In this document: positions 1-6,661 of the stretch, one piece after another
How positions within the stretch are numbered: the stretch's first letter is position 1
How the letters are laid out: each line of letters opens with the position of its first letter
From: a virus
Lineage: Duplodnaviria; Caudoviricetes
Virus record (IMG/VR): IMGVR_UViG_3300032212_000115
Span: 1-29,981 of that record
Reading direction: 5' to 3' (one strand)
Length of the DNA: 29,981 bases
The notes under the pieces: model-generated
Told to the model about the DNA's origin: nothing
Database searches by the model: none
The model's input: only the letters and a program-made list of their open reading frames with translations
Translations under genes and position numbers: made by a program

Positions 1-132
1 GAATCAGCGCGCCGCATAACAGAAGTGCCAGAGCAATACAGAGAAGGCGCAAAACGACACCGGAAAGCGGTGCGGTGGTTGAAGTCACAACAGGTCGATA
101 AGGGGAACACGCAATGCACGGCGACAATATGA
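1..132 (+). CDS. 3' end of a small hypothetical protein (5'-truncated), paralog of 1911..2105
   Basis: Frame 1 is open from base 1 to TGA at 130-132: ESARRITEVPEQYREGAKRHRKAVRWLKSQQ...; the stop overlaps the next ATG (ATGA at 129-132). Confidence 0.6.
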   Translation, partial: ESARRITEVPEQYREGAKRHRKAVRWLKSQQVDKGNTQCTATI

Positions 133-455
133 AACAAGACGGAAATAAACACAGGATGGAGCTATTGCCCAGATATCCACTTGAGGCCATATCTGACGTA
201 CTTGAGTTTGGCGCTAACAAATACACCACGCATGGTTGGCGCGCAGGCATGGAGTGGAGCCGGGTTGCGGGGGCGGCTATGCGGCATCTACAGGCATTTA
301 ATGACGGGGAAAACACCGACCCTGAAAGTGGCCTGCCTCATCTCGCTCATTTGGGTTGCTGCGTCATGTTTCTGCTGGAATATACACAGACATCACCCGA
401 TAAAGATGATCGTCATCAGGGGGGTGTAGGCGATGCACGACACACCAATGGTTGA
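129..455 (+). CDS. dATP/dGTP diphosphohydrolase-domain protein (DUF5664-like)
   Basis: Motifs 'VLEFGANKY..GWRAG...AAMRHL.AF.DGE..DPESGLPHLAH...C'; ATG 129 preferred over 114 because of the ATGA overlap with the upstream stop. Confidence 0.8.
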   Translation: MKQDGNKHRMELLPRYPLEAISDVLEFGANKYTTHGWRAGMEWSRVAGAAMRHLQAFNDGENTDPESGLPHLAHLGCCVMFLLEYTQTSPDKDDRHQGGVGDARHTNG

Positions 456-663
456 CTGGCAACAGGTCTGTCTGAATCTACGCAGACACAAACCCCTGTC
501 ACAAATCGCTAAGGATGTCGGCTCAGACTGGCAACACCTGAACCGACTTGCACGCGGTGATGTCAAGCAGCCCCGATTTGATACAGGTATGGCATTGCTT
601 GATTTGCATTTTGATCTGTTCCCTGGGCAACACGACAGCAGCCTGTTGCGGGTCGGTGCGTGA
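433..663 (+). CDS. Small Cro/HTH-like DNA-binding protein
   Basis: LSQIAKDVGSDWQHLNRLARGDVKQPRFDTG resembles an XRE/Cro helix-turn-helix. Confidence 0.7.
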   Translation: MHDTPMVDWQQVCLNLRRHKPLSQIAKDVGSDWQHLNRLARGDVKQPRFDTGMALLDLHFDLFPGQHDSSLLRVGA

Positions 664-1724
664 TGAAAGTGCTTGACCTTTTTTCTGGTATCGGTGGTTT
701 TTCTCTTGGCCTTGAAAGGGCGGGGATGGAAACCGTGGCATTTTGTGAGATCGAAGAATACCCGCGAAAGGTATTACAGAAGCACTGGCCTGATGTACCG
801 ATTTATGAGGATGTTCGCAAGCTGTCAAAAGAGGAGTTAGAAAAAGATGGAATCACAGACATTGAACTTATTTGCGGAGGATACCCATGCCAACCGTTCT
901 CCGTTGCCGGGAAGCAGCGAGGCGAGGACGACGACCGCCATCTCTGGCCGGAAATGTATCGACTTATTAAAACTATCAGGCCGAGATGGGTTATTGCCGA
1001 GAATGTTGCTGGGCACATCAATATGGGCCTCGACACTGTGTTATCTGACTTGGAAGCCGAAGCCTACACCTGGTGGACGTTTGTTATTCCAGCTTGCGCC
1101 GTCGACGCCAAACATAGACGCGACCGGCTCTGGATTGTGGGCAACTCCGAACACGATGGACCACTTACCGCAACGAAGCGAGGAATCTCTGAGGCGGCAG
1201 TCGGAAACAACTCGCAAGGGCAGGAAAAAACCCGCGAACTTGAGGGGGCAGGTAGATCCCCGGGTGACGTCATTATGGGCGACTCCACTGACGACAGATC
1301 ACCGGATCAATGCGGGACAGCCATCGACGCTAAACCGGAACACGCTCCCATTAGGGGCAATGGCGGAGCTGTGGCCGACACCAACAACGCGAGATTACAA
1401 GGGGGCGTATTCCGAGGCATCCCAGAAAAAACGATTCAGGTGGCTCTTACCGGATGCGGTGAAAATGTGGCCGACACCGAACGCGAGCGACAACAGGGAC
1501 CGGGGAAACCTATCGAACCCAAGTATTCAGCGACGAGCGGAGAAGGGCAAGCAGCTCGGGCTGTCTCAGGTGGTGTCAAATGTGAGTGGCTCACTGAACC
1601 CGATGTGGGTCGAGTGGCTAATGGGGTTCCCGGTCGGGTGGACCGACTTAAAGCCCTCGGAAACGCAGTCGTCCCACAAATCCCCGAAATCATCGGAAGG
1701 GCAATAATGGAGGTCGAGCGATGA
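660..1724 (+). CDS. C5 DNA cytosine methyltransferase, large (alpha) polypeptide
   Basis: Motif I DLFSGIGG, IV GGYPCQPFS, VI ENV, VIII HRRDRLWIVG, X RLKALGNAVVP; no recognisable motif IX in this frame. Confidence 0.93.
   Translation: MMKVLDLFSGIGGFSLGLERAGMETVAFCEIEEYPRKVLQKHWPDVPIYEDVRKLSKEELEKDGITDIELICGGYPCQPFSVAGKQRGEDDDRHLWPEMYRLIKTIRPRWVIAENVAGHINMGLDTVLSDLEAEAYTWWTFVIPACAVDAKHRRDRLWIVGNSEHDGPLTATKRGISEAAVGNNSQGQEKTRELEGAGRSPGDVIMGDSTDDRSPDQCGTAIDAKPEHAPIRGNGGAVADTNNARLQGGVFRGIPEKTIQVALTGCGENVADTERERQQGPGKPIEPKYSATSGEGQAARAVSGGVKCEWLTEPDVGRVANGVPGRVDRLKALGNAVVPQIPEIIGRAIMEVER
847..1707 (+). CDS. Nested +1-frame ORF, probable small (beta) subunit of the C5 methyltransferase carrying TRD-like repeats and motif IX
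   Basis: 286 aa open frame wholly inside the MTase; SD GAGGAG at 831-836, 10 nt before ATG 847; four W(A/P)TP repeats; motif IX-like LNPMWVEWLMGFPVGWT. Confidence 0.75.
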   Translation: MESQTLNLFAEDTHANRSPLPGSSEARTTTAISGRKCIDLLKLSGRDGLLPRMLLGTSIWASTLCYLTWKPKPTPGGRLLFQLAPSTPNIDATGSGLWATPNTMDHLPQRSEESLRRQSETTRKGRKKPANLRGQVDPRVTSLWATPLTTDHRINAGQPSTLNRNTLPLGAMAELWPTPTTRDYKGAYSEASQKKRFRWLLPDAVKMWPTPNASDNRDRGNLSNPSIQRRAEKGKQLGLSQVVSNVSGSLNPMWVEWLMGFPVGWTDLKPSETQSSHKSPKSSEGQ

Positions 1725-1921
1725 AAGCGCGGTTAGCCAGGCTGGAACGTGAGAACTCAATGCTTGCCAAGTCACTGGCAAAGACACGCCAGATAAACAT
1801 GAAGCTGATGAAAGAGGTGAACGCTTTACGCGCCGAGGTTTATGGCAACCCCATTGATAAATTTAAAAGCAATCAGGCCATCAAGGTTATGACGAAAGAC
1901 TTGTTGAGCCGTGCGTGGTGA
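1721..1921 (+). CDS. Hypothetical coiled-coil protein
   Basis: ATGA coupling with the MTase stop, GGAGG SD, heptad-like LARLERENSMLAKSL. Confidence 0.6.
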   Translation: MKARLARLERENSMLAKSLAKTRQINMKLMKEVNALRAEVYGNPIDKFKSNQAIKVMTKDLLSRAW

Positions 1922-2105
1922 TTGGAATCAAGGCAACTGGAACGCATACGCAGCTAAAGGAAAAGATGTTGATGATATTAAAAAACGATTATCAGAAACG
2001 CCTGAGCAATATCGTGAAAACGCGAGGCTACATGCCCGCACGGTTTGGAGGCTGAAAAATGGAAACGGAATATCAACCGAGAAGAAAGTCAGGCAGGTGC
2101 GCTAA
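1911..2105 (+). CDS. Hypothetical protein, paralog of the ORF ending at 132
   Basis: Shares the RxxExPEQYRExAxxHxxxVxxLK pattern with ORF <1..132. Confidence 0.6.
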   Translation: MRGDWNQGNWNAYAAKGKDVDDIKKRLSETPEQYRENARLHARTVWRLKNGNGISTEKKVRQVR

Positions 2106-2286
2106 CGGCAATGAGCGTGATGGAGGGGCGTTGTATCACGCAGTACCAGATCACGACCCTTGGGCAAAAGCGCTATGCGGAACGAAGCCGGGAGATCGTG
2201 GGAATGGGTGGAGTGAATATGCGGGTGAAAGCGTGACCTGCAAGCGATGCATTAAAAAACAGGAAAGGGGTGTAGGACATGACTGA
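2059..2286 (+). CDS. Small Cys/His-containing hypothetical protein (possible Zn-binding)
   Basis: GGAGG SD at ~2047; H...ALCG...VTCKRC arrangement; overlaps the next gene. Confidence 0.6.
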   Translation: METEYQPRRKSGRCANGNERDGGALYHAVPDHDPWAKALCGTKPGDRGNGWSEYAGESVTCKRCIKKQERGVGHD

Positions 2287-2515
2287 CGAAATGCAGGAGG
2301 TGATGGGGCTTGGCCAAGCCCATGGTAGTCTTTTAAATGATTTCACCAATCAAAAATCAGTTATTCCTTTTATTTCCAGTGAGTTATCCATGGAACTCAG
2401 CAACCCTAAACCAAAACGCGACAACATGGTTGATGCAGCCGGATATGCTGAAACGCTTGAAATGACAAAATCAGAGCGCGACAAGCGAATCGACGAAGGT
2501 GAGGAGCACTACTAA
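2279..2515 (+). CDS. DUF6378-like protein (divergent)
   Basis: C-terminal KRDNMVDAAGYA and N-terminal GQAHG...NDF resemble DUF6378 as I recall it; the middle is divergent. Confidence 0.5.
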   Translation: MTDEMQEVMGLGQAHGSLLNDFTNQKSVIPFISSELSMELSNPKPKRDNMVDAAGYAETLEMTKSERDKRIDEGEEHY

Positions 2516-2853
2516 TGAAGCGTGTTTATGTGGCAGGAGCATATAGCTCAGGTAATGTGATCGGCGTACTGGACAACATACGTGAAGGCATGCGCTGGTC
2601 AACAAAAGTGTTTCTTGCAGGGCATGCGCCTTTCTCGCCTTGGTTAGATTTCCATTATCAGTTAATGCTGCGTGACGGCGAAGCTTTATCTGTTCCTGAT
2701 TATTACGAATATTCACTTGCTTGGTTGCGCGCATCTGATTGTGTATTTGTCACACCGGGATGGGAGGACAGCAAGGGAACAGTTGCAGAGATTCAGGAAG
2801 CAGAGCGGCTAGGCATTCCTGTTGTTTATAACATTAAGGACATTTCAGAATGA
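2515..2853 (+). CDS. DUF4406/DUF1937-like protein (nucleoside 2-deoxyribosyltransferase fold)
   Basis: VYVAGAYS...GHAPFSP...SDCVFVTPGWEDSKGTVAEIQEAERLGIPV. Confidence 0.75.
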   Translation: MKRVYVAGAYSSGNVIGVLDNIREGMRWSTKVFLAGHAPFSPWLDFHYQLMLRDGEALSVPDYYEYSLAWLRASDCVFVTPGWEDSKGTVAEIQEAERLGIPVVYNIKDISE

Positions 2854-3404
2854 AGAAATACAACATCATCTATGCCGATCCTGCTTGGTCATTTAATAAC
2901 AAAAATACAGGTGGATCTATGAAGTCGGGTGCAAGCAGTCAATACAATATCATGAGCATTGATGATATGAAGAATTTACCAGTCGAGCGGATTGCCGATG
3001 ATGATTGTGTGTTGGTGATGTGGTGGGTGGCATCACAGCCGCAAGAGGCCATTGATTTGGTCAATGCGTGGGGGTTCAAGATAAAAACAATGACGGGTTT
3101 TAATTGGGTGAAGATGACCAAAAACTGGTTAATGTGGTTTGGTATGGGATTTTGGACAAGGGCTGGGTCAGAGTGCGCCCTGATTGCCGTCAAAGGAAAG
3201 CCGAAACCCGTATCACATGGCGTTAGATCGGTCATTCATGCAATGGCAGGCAGGCACAGCGAAAAGCCCGCAGAGGTACGAGATAGGATTGTTGAATTAT
3301 GTGGCGACCTATCCAGGGTTGAGCTGTTCGCAAGAATGAAGGTTGACGGGTGGGATGCATGGGGTAACGAAATTGAATCAGATTTATCAATGGATGCTGC
3401 ATGA
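2850..3404 (+). CDS. MT-A70 family (N6-adenine) DNA methyltransferase
   Basis: IIYADPAW (DPPW variant), GMGFWTR, HSEKP, ELFAR, GWDAWGNE. Confidence 0.9.
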   Translation: MKKYNIIYADPAWSFNNKNTGGSMKSGASSQYNIMSIDDMKNLPVERIADDDCVLVMWWVASQPQEAIDLVNAWGFKIKTMTGFNWVKMTKNWLMWFGMGFWTRAGSECALIAVKGKPKPVSHGVRSVIHAMAGRHSEKPAEVRDRIVELCGDLSRVELFARMKVDGWDAWGNEIESDLSMDAA

Positions 3405-3829
3405 ACATCGCCCTTGTCAAAACACCATCAGGATCATTCATTCCTGCAACGAACCAGGACAATGAGTGGTGTGATCGCATTGGGCAAGGGGAGTTAATAC
3501 ACGGCAAATTCACCAAGATGCGAAATGGCGCATTTCATCGCAAGTTCATGAGTATGGTGCAGTACGTGTACCAGAATCAAGACAAGCATCAATGCTTTGA
3601 GGATTTACTTGTTGAGATAAAAATAAGAACGGGCCATTACAAAGAACACATCAGGGAATCAGGAGAGATTGTCTATGCTCCTAAATCAATCAGCTTTGCC
3701 AAGATGGATGAAATTGAGTTTTCAGACTTTTACAACAAAGCAATCAAAGCGGTTATCAATGGCGGCTTAATACAGGGCAGTGAAGCAGACATTAATCGAG
3801 CAGTTGATTATGTGGCGGTGAACTACTGA
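3401..3829 (+). CDS. DUF1367 family protein
   Basis: RNGAFHRKF, GHY, PKSISFAKMDEIEF motifs; usual nin-region position. Confidence 0.75.
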   Translation: MNIALVKTPSGSFIPATNQDNEWCDRIGQGELIHGKFTKMRNGAFHRKFMSMVQYVYQNQDKHQCFEDLLVEIKIRTGHYKEHIRESGEIVYAPKSISFAKMDEIEFSDFYNKAIKAVINGGLIQGSEADINRAVDYVAVNY

Positions 3830-4125
3830 TGAGAGGGTCAAAAATAACCAAGGCGGCAAAAGGTCAGATATGCATTCGCTGTGGAGCAGGTGACGCTTAC
3901 GCTTGCCACTATAACGGCCCAAGGCAGATGGCATACGGAAAAGGGCGCGGCATTAAGTGCAGCGACATGGCGACAGCAGAACTATGCCACACATGCGATC
4001 AAGAATTAACAGAGGGTAGCACTGATTCTCGATGGGCGAATAAGTGGGAAAGGTCAGAGGAGTTTTTGCACTGGGTCATGATGACCAATATTCGGAGGTA
4101 CGAAAGAGGGGTGTTGAAGGCATGA
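3829..4125 (+). CDS. DUF1364/YbcO-like putative nuclease
   Basis: AKGQICIRC...H...GRGIKCSD...LCHTCD; follows DUF1367 as in lambdoid phages. Confidence 0.7.
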   Translation: MRGSKITKAAKGQICIRCGAGDAYACHYNGPRQMAYGKGRGIKCSDMATAELCHTCDQELTEGSTDSRWANKWERSEEFLHWVMMTNIRRYERGVLKA

Positions 4126-4409
4126 GACGCGCTGCACGCATAGACGAGAATCAGCCTGGGATTGTTGATGACTTACGCAAGATGGGTTGTACGGTTCAGC
4201 CATTACATTTAGTTGGTGGCGGTGTTCCTGACTTGTTGGTTGGTGCGGGCGGTATAAATTATCTCTTTGAAGTTAAAAACCCAAACAAGCCTAAATCAGA
4301 TCAAAAACTCACACCCGATCAAGTTGAGTGGCATGGGGCATGGCGTGGACAGAAAGAGGTTATTAGGACAGCACAGGATGCAATGGATTTCATAGCGAGG
4401 TGTAAATGA
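4122..4409 (+). CDS. VRR-NUC-like PD-(D/E)XK nuclease / putative resolvase
   Basis: RAARIDENQ..IV..LR, GVPDLLVG, LFEVK, LTPDQ..W; ATG 4122 overlaps the upstream TGA. Confidence 0.8.
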   Translation: MRRAARIDENQPGIVDDLRKMGCTVQPLHLVGGGVPDLLVGAGGINYLFEVKNPNKPKSDQKLTPDQVEWHGAWRGQKEVIRTAQDAMDFIARCK

Positions 4410-4609
4410 AATACGCAAACATGAGAAAAGAGGCACTTAATAACCTTGATCTAAGAACCCTGAAAAACGACTTATGGGCAATTGATAAGAAAAGGGCCAG
4501 CAATCGCAACTGGCAAATAGGCAGGCGTTTAGCGGGTGAGACATTAATCATTGAGGCTGAATTAAGACGCCGGGGCAATCCACTACTACCCGAGGAAGTG
4601 TTTAGATGA
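4406..4609 (+). CDS. Hypothetical protein
   Basis: GAGG SD; 4-bp overlaps at both ends. Confidence 0.6.
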   Translation: MKYANMRKEALNNLDLRTLKNDLWAIDKKRASNRNWQIGRRLAGETLIIEAELRRRGNPLLPEEVFR

Positions 4610-4995
4610 GACGCAGAGAACAAAACAAAGCCCTACACAAGCGCCTCGAGGCGTGGGGCGATAGAGAGGCAAGGCCCGTGCGCGGCCTGGGTTATCGATC
4701 ACAAACAACCGAGGCGGAAATGATGGAAATGGGCCAGGTATGCAGGAGCGGCAATGCTGCTGTTGCCATAGTGCCTGAGTTCACGATAGATAAGAAGGTT
4801 GCAGAGGTTGAGGCAGGCATACAGGCCATGAATGTTTCAGAGTGGAAAATGGCGATTGAATCAAAATATTTACATCGCCACCGGGGGCAGGAAATACAAA
4901 AATATTGCGGCCAATCAAAGAAGCAATTTTATATCAATCTCAAGAATGCAGAAGCGTTTATGTGCGGTTGGTTGGGGTATCAGTGGGAGGATTAA
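4606..4995 (+). CDS. Q-like late antitermination protein
   Basis: RLEAWG...LGY start and C-terminal HTH-like region; last early gene, directly before an AT-rich promoter and terminator. Confidence 0.65.
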   Translation: MRRREQNKALHKRLEAWGDREARPVRGLGYRSQTTEAEMMEMGQVCRSGNAAVAIVPEFTIDKKVAEVEAGIQAMNVSEWKMAIESKYLHRHRGQEIQKYCGQSKKQFYINLKNAEAFMCGWLGYQWED

Positions 4996-5010
4996 ATAAA
5001 TATGGAAATC

Positions 5011-5047
5011 CTATTGTTTTGTGTACACGTATTTGCTATATAAATAT
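5011..5047 (+). promoter_or_regulatory. Putative late promoter (pR'-like) with a palindrome GTGTACAC between the -35 and -10 regions
   Basis: TTGTTT at 5014-5019, 17 nt spacer, TG-C-TATATA at 5034-5042; palindrome at 5021-5028; lies just after the Q-like gene. Confidence 0.45.
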
Positions 5048-5074
5048 CTATAGTGGGGATTATGACCCCGACAC

Positions 5075-5108
5075 AAGCCCGGATCCAAAAGGTTGCCGGG
5101 TTTTTTAT
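5075..5108 (+). terminator. Rho-independent terminator (tR'-like)
   Basis: AAGCCCGG...CCGGGTTT stem followed by TTTTTTAT. Confidence 0.75.
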
Positions 5109-5120
5109 TGGGCGGCGATT

Positions 5121-5246
5121 ATGTTTAACGATGATTGGAAACCAAGCAAACACCCAGCCAGAGACTTAATCACAGCAATACTGGTTGTTGTTGTGTTTGG
5201 TCTGGTGATGGGATTGATCGGTGCAATGCTTGGCGCGGTCCACTAA
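5121..5246 (+). CDS. Small single-TM membrane protein (41 aa)
   Basis: MFNDDWKPSKHPARDLITAILVVVVFGLVMGLIGAMLGAVH; the start at 4905 in the track is unlikely because it spans the terminator. Confidence 0.5.
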   Translation: MFNDDWKPSKHPARDLITAILVVVVFGLVMGLIGAMLGAVH

Positions 5247-5566
5247 TCAAGCGATAGCTTGTCATTCAGGATCGACCCAATTCTTGACCCTGTTTGCCAG
5301 TGATTAAGCTGAACAACCGGATCATTAACCCCTGATTCCTGCAAGTGCAGCGTTATGGTTTTGGCAACAATCATTTTCTGACTGAATGGGATTGCAAAGA
5401 ATTTAGGCCCAACCGTCACATCAGGCGCAACCGATATATCTGGCCTGGTCCGTAAGACATCAGCCGTGATCAACCTGTCAATCTGAGTAAGCATTGTCTT
5501 GCCAGTAGTCTCATCGGCAAATGACATTGAGCTAATAAGCAACAGGATCGCAAATAAGTATTTCAT
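5243..5566 (-). CDS. Secreted/periplasmic hypothetical protein (moron-like, antisense)
   Basis: Strong SD AGGGAGGG (complement of 5573-5580); signal peptide MKYLFAILLLISSMSFA|DE. Confidence 0.75.
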   Translation of the reverse strand: MKYLFAILLLISSMSFADETTGKTMLTQIDRLITADVLRTRPDISVAPDVTVGPKFFAIPFSQKMIVAKTITLHLQESGVNDPVVQLNHWQTGSRIGSILNDKLSLD

Positions 5567-5601
5567 GATAGACCCTCCCTGTAATGATTGGAGCATAGAC
5601 C

Positions 5602-5961
5602 ATGCCCATGCGCCCAGGCAAGCCATGCAATTACCCAGGATGCCCTGAAGTCGTGCATGACACGTACTGTGATACGCATAGAAAGCAGAAAAGGCGCTAT
5701 GCAAGCCGTAACAGGGAAAGCTCTACAGCACGCGGATATGGCTACAGATGGCAGCAGGTAAGGCTTAACTACTTACGTAGACACCCGCTTTGCATACTGT
5801 GTGAGGAAGAGGGTAAGGCGACAGCGGCCAATGTTGTTGATCACATCAAGCCACACAAAGGCAATACATCTTTGATGTGGGATGAAGGTAACTTTCAACC
5901 GCTGTGCAAGCATCACCACGATGTTAAGACAGCAACAGAAGATGGTGGGTTTGGGCGATGA
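5602..5961 (+). CDS. HNH endonuclease (HK97 gp74-like terminase cofactor)
   Basis: RGYGYRW, HPLC..C, VVDHIKPHKG, NFQPLCKHHHDVKT; upstream of cos and terminase. Confidence 0.92.
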   Translation: MPMRPGKPCNYPGCPEVVHDTYCDTHRKQKRRYASRNRESSTARGYGYRWQQVRLNYLRRHPLCILCEEEGKATAANVVDHIKPHKGNTSLMWDEGNFQPLCKHHHDVKTATEDGGFGR

Positions 5962-6206
5962 GCATTGAGGGAGATATTGATCGCATCTTAAATGCTAAAT
6001 CCGGTAATAAAGAGATAGCGTTATTCTACTTTCCTCATGATGGCGTGTGGCGTGTAGATGCTGGAAATAGAAGCGCGTTCGTAATGCTTGGCGAGGTAGA
6101 GGGTGAATTATCAGTAGAGGCTGATTCGCTACAGGGAGCGATTAAATTAATGCTCAAGGAAGTAACCCAAACCAACACAGAAGGTAAGGGGGGATCAAAA
6201 GTCTAG
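5958..6206 (+). CDS. Hypothetical protein
   Basis: ATGA-coupled to HNH; 82 aa. Confidence 0.6.
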   Translation: MSIEGDIDRILNAKSGNKEIALFYFPHDGVWRVDAGNRSAFVMLGEVEGELSVEADSLQGAIKLMLKEVTQTNTEGKGGSKV

Positions 6207-6250
6207 GCAATGTGCCATATAGACCGCCGCCCTCCCCATTATTTTACACA
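6188..6250 (+). other. Putative cos site region (HK97-type 3' cohesive end, core near CGCCGCCCTC at 6225-6234)
   Basis: GGGGGG-ATCAAAAGT...AGACCGCCGCCC-TCCCC-ATTATTTTACAC context between HNH and small terminase resembles HK97-like cos regions. Confidence 0.55.
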
Positions 6251-6277
6251 TGCAATTGACGATTTTAAGGAGGGCGC

Positions 6278-6661
6278 ATGGCTAGAGCAAGAAAACCTGA
6301 TAATGTGCATCTCTTGCAAGGTACACACCAGCCGTGCAGACACGGCAACCCGGACGAAAAGCCCAAGGTAGAAATTAAAATACCGTCACCGCCTGAATCC
6401 TTATCAGGCGTAGCGCACGCAGAATGGCTCCGCATTTGTGACGTACTGAAAAACTCAGGCATTCTCAGTGATGCTGATATTGGCGTGATGGCGATCTATT
6501 GTGAGCTATATGCTCAATTTCAGACCGACCCGGTAGAGTTTCCAGCAGCTAAATATACTCAGTTAAGACTCTGCATGGTTGAGCTTGGCATGACCCCGGC
6601 AGCACGCAGCAAGATCACGGTAGGTGGAGGCAAGAAAGAGAACACCTTTGCTGATGTATGA
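6278..6661 (+). CDS. terS: Terminase small subunit (P27 family)
   Basis: RKP..H.LQG, PPE.LS..A..EW, ELGMTPAARSKI. Confidence 0.88.
   Translation: MARARKPDNVHLLQGTHQPCRHGNPDEKPKVEIKIPSPPESLSGVAHAEWLRICDVLKNSGILSDADIGVMAIYCELYAQFQTDPVEFPAAKYTQLRLCMVELGMTPAARSKITVGGGKKENTFADV

Noticed and set aside
129-455. Z-genome (2-aminoadenine) pathway suggested by the dATP/dGTP diphosphohydrolase-like gene
   Set aside because: No purZ or dedicated polymerase in the window; the domain is widespread in ordinary phages
2045-2236. Alternative-frame ORF overlapping 2059..2286
   Set aside because: No clear SD or motif; 2059 has GGAGG at good spacing and a Cys pattern
2319-2396. AT-rich stretch bounded by two CCATGG hexamers inside the DUF6378-like gene, vaguely like an att/arm-type site or small insertion
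   Set aside because: Only 6-bp repeats, no integrase or tRNA fragment in the window, and the reading frame is intact
5602-5961. HNH as a mobile homing endonuclease
   Set aside because: Size, motifs and position next to cos/terS fit the packaging-associated gp74 type
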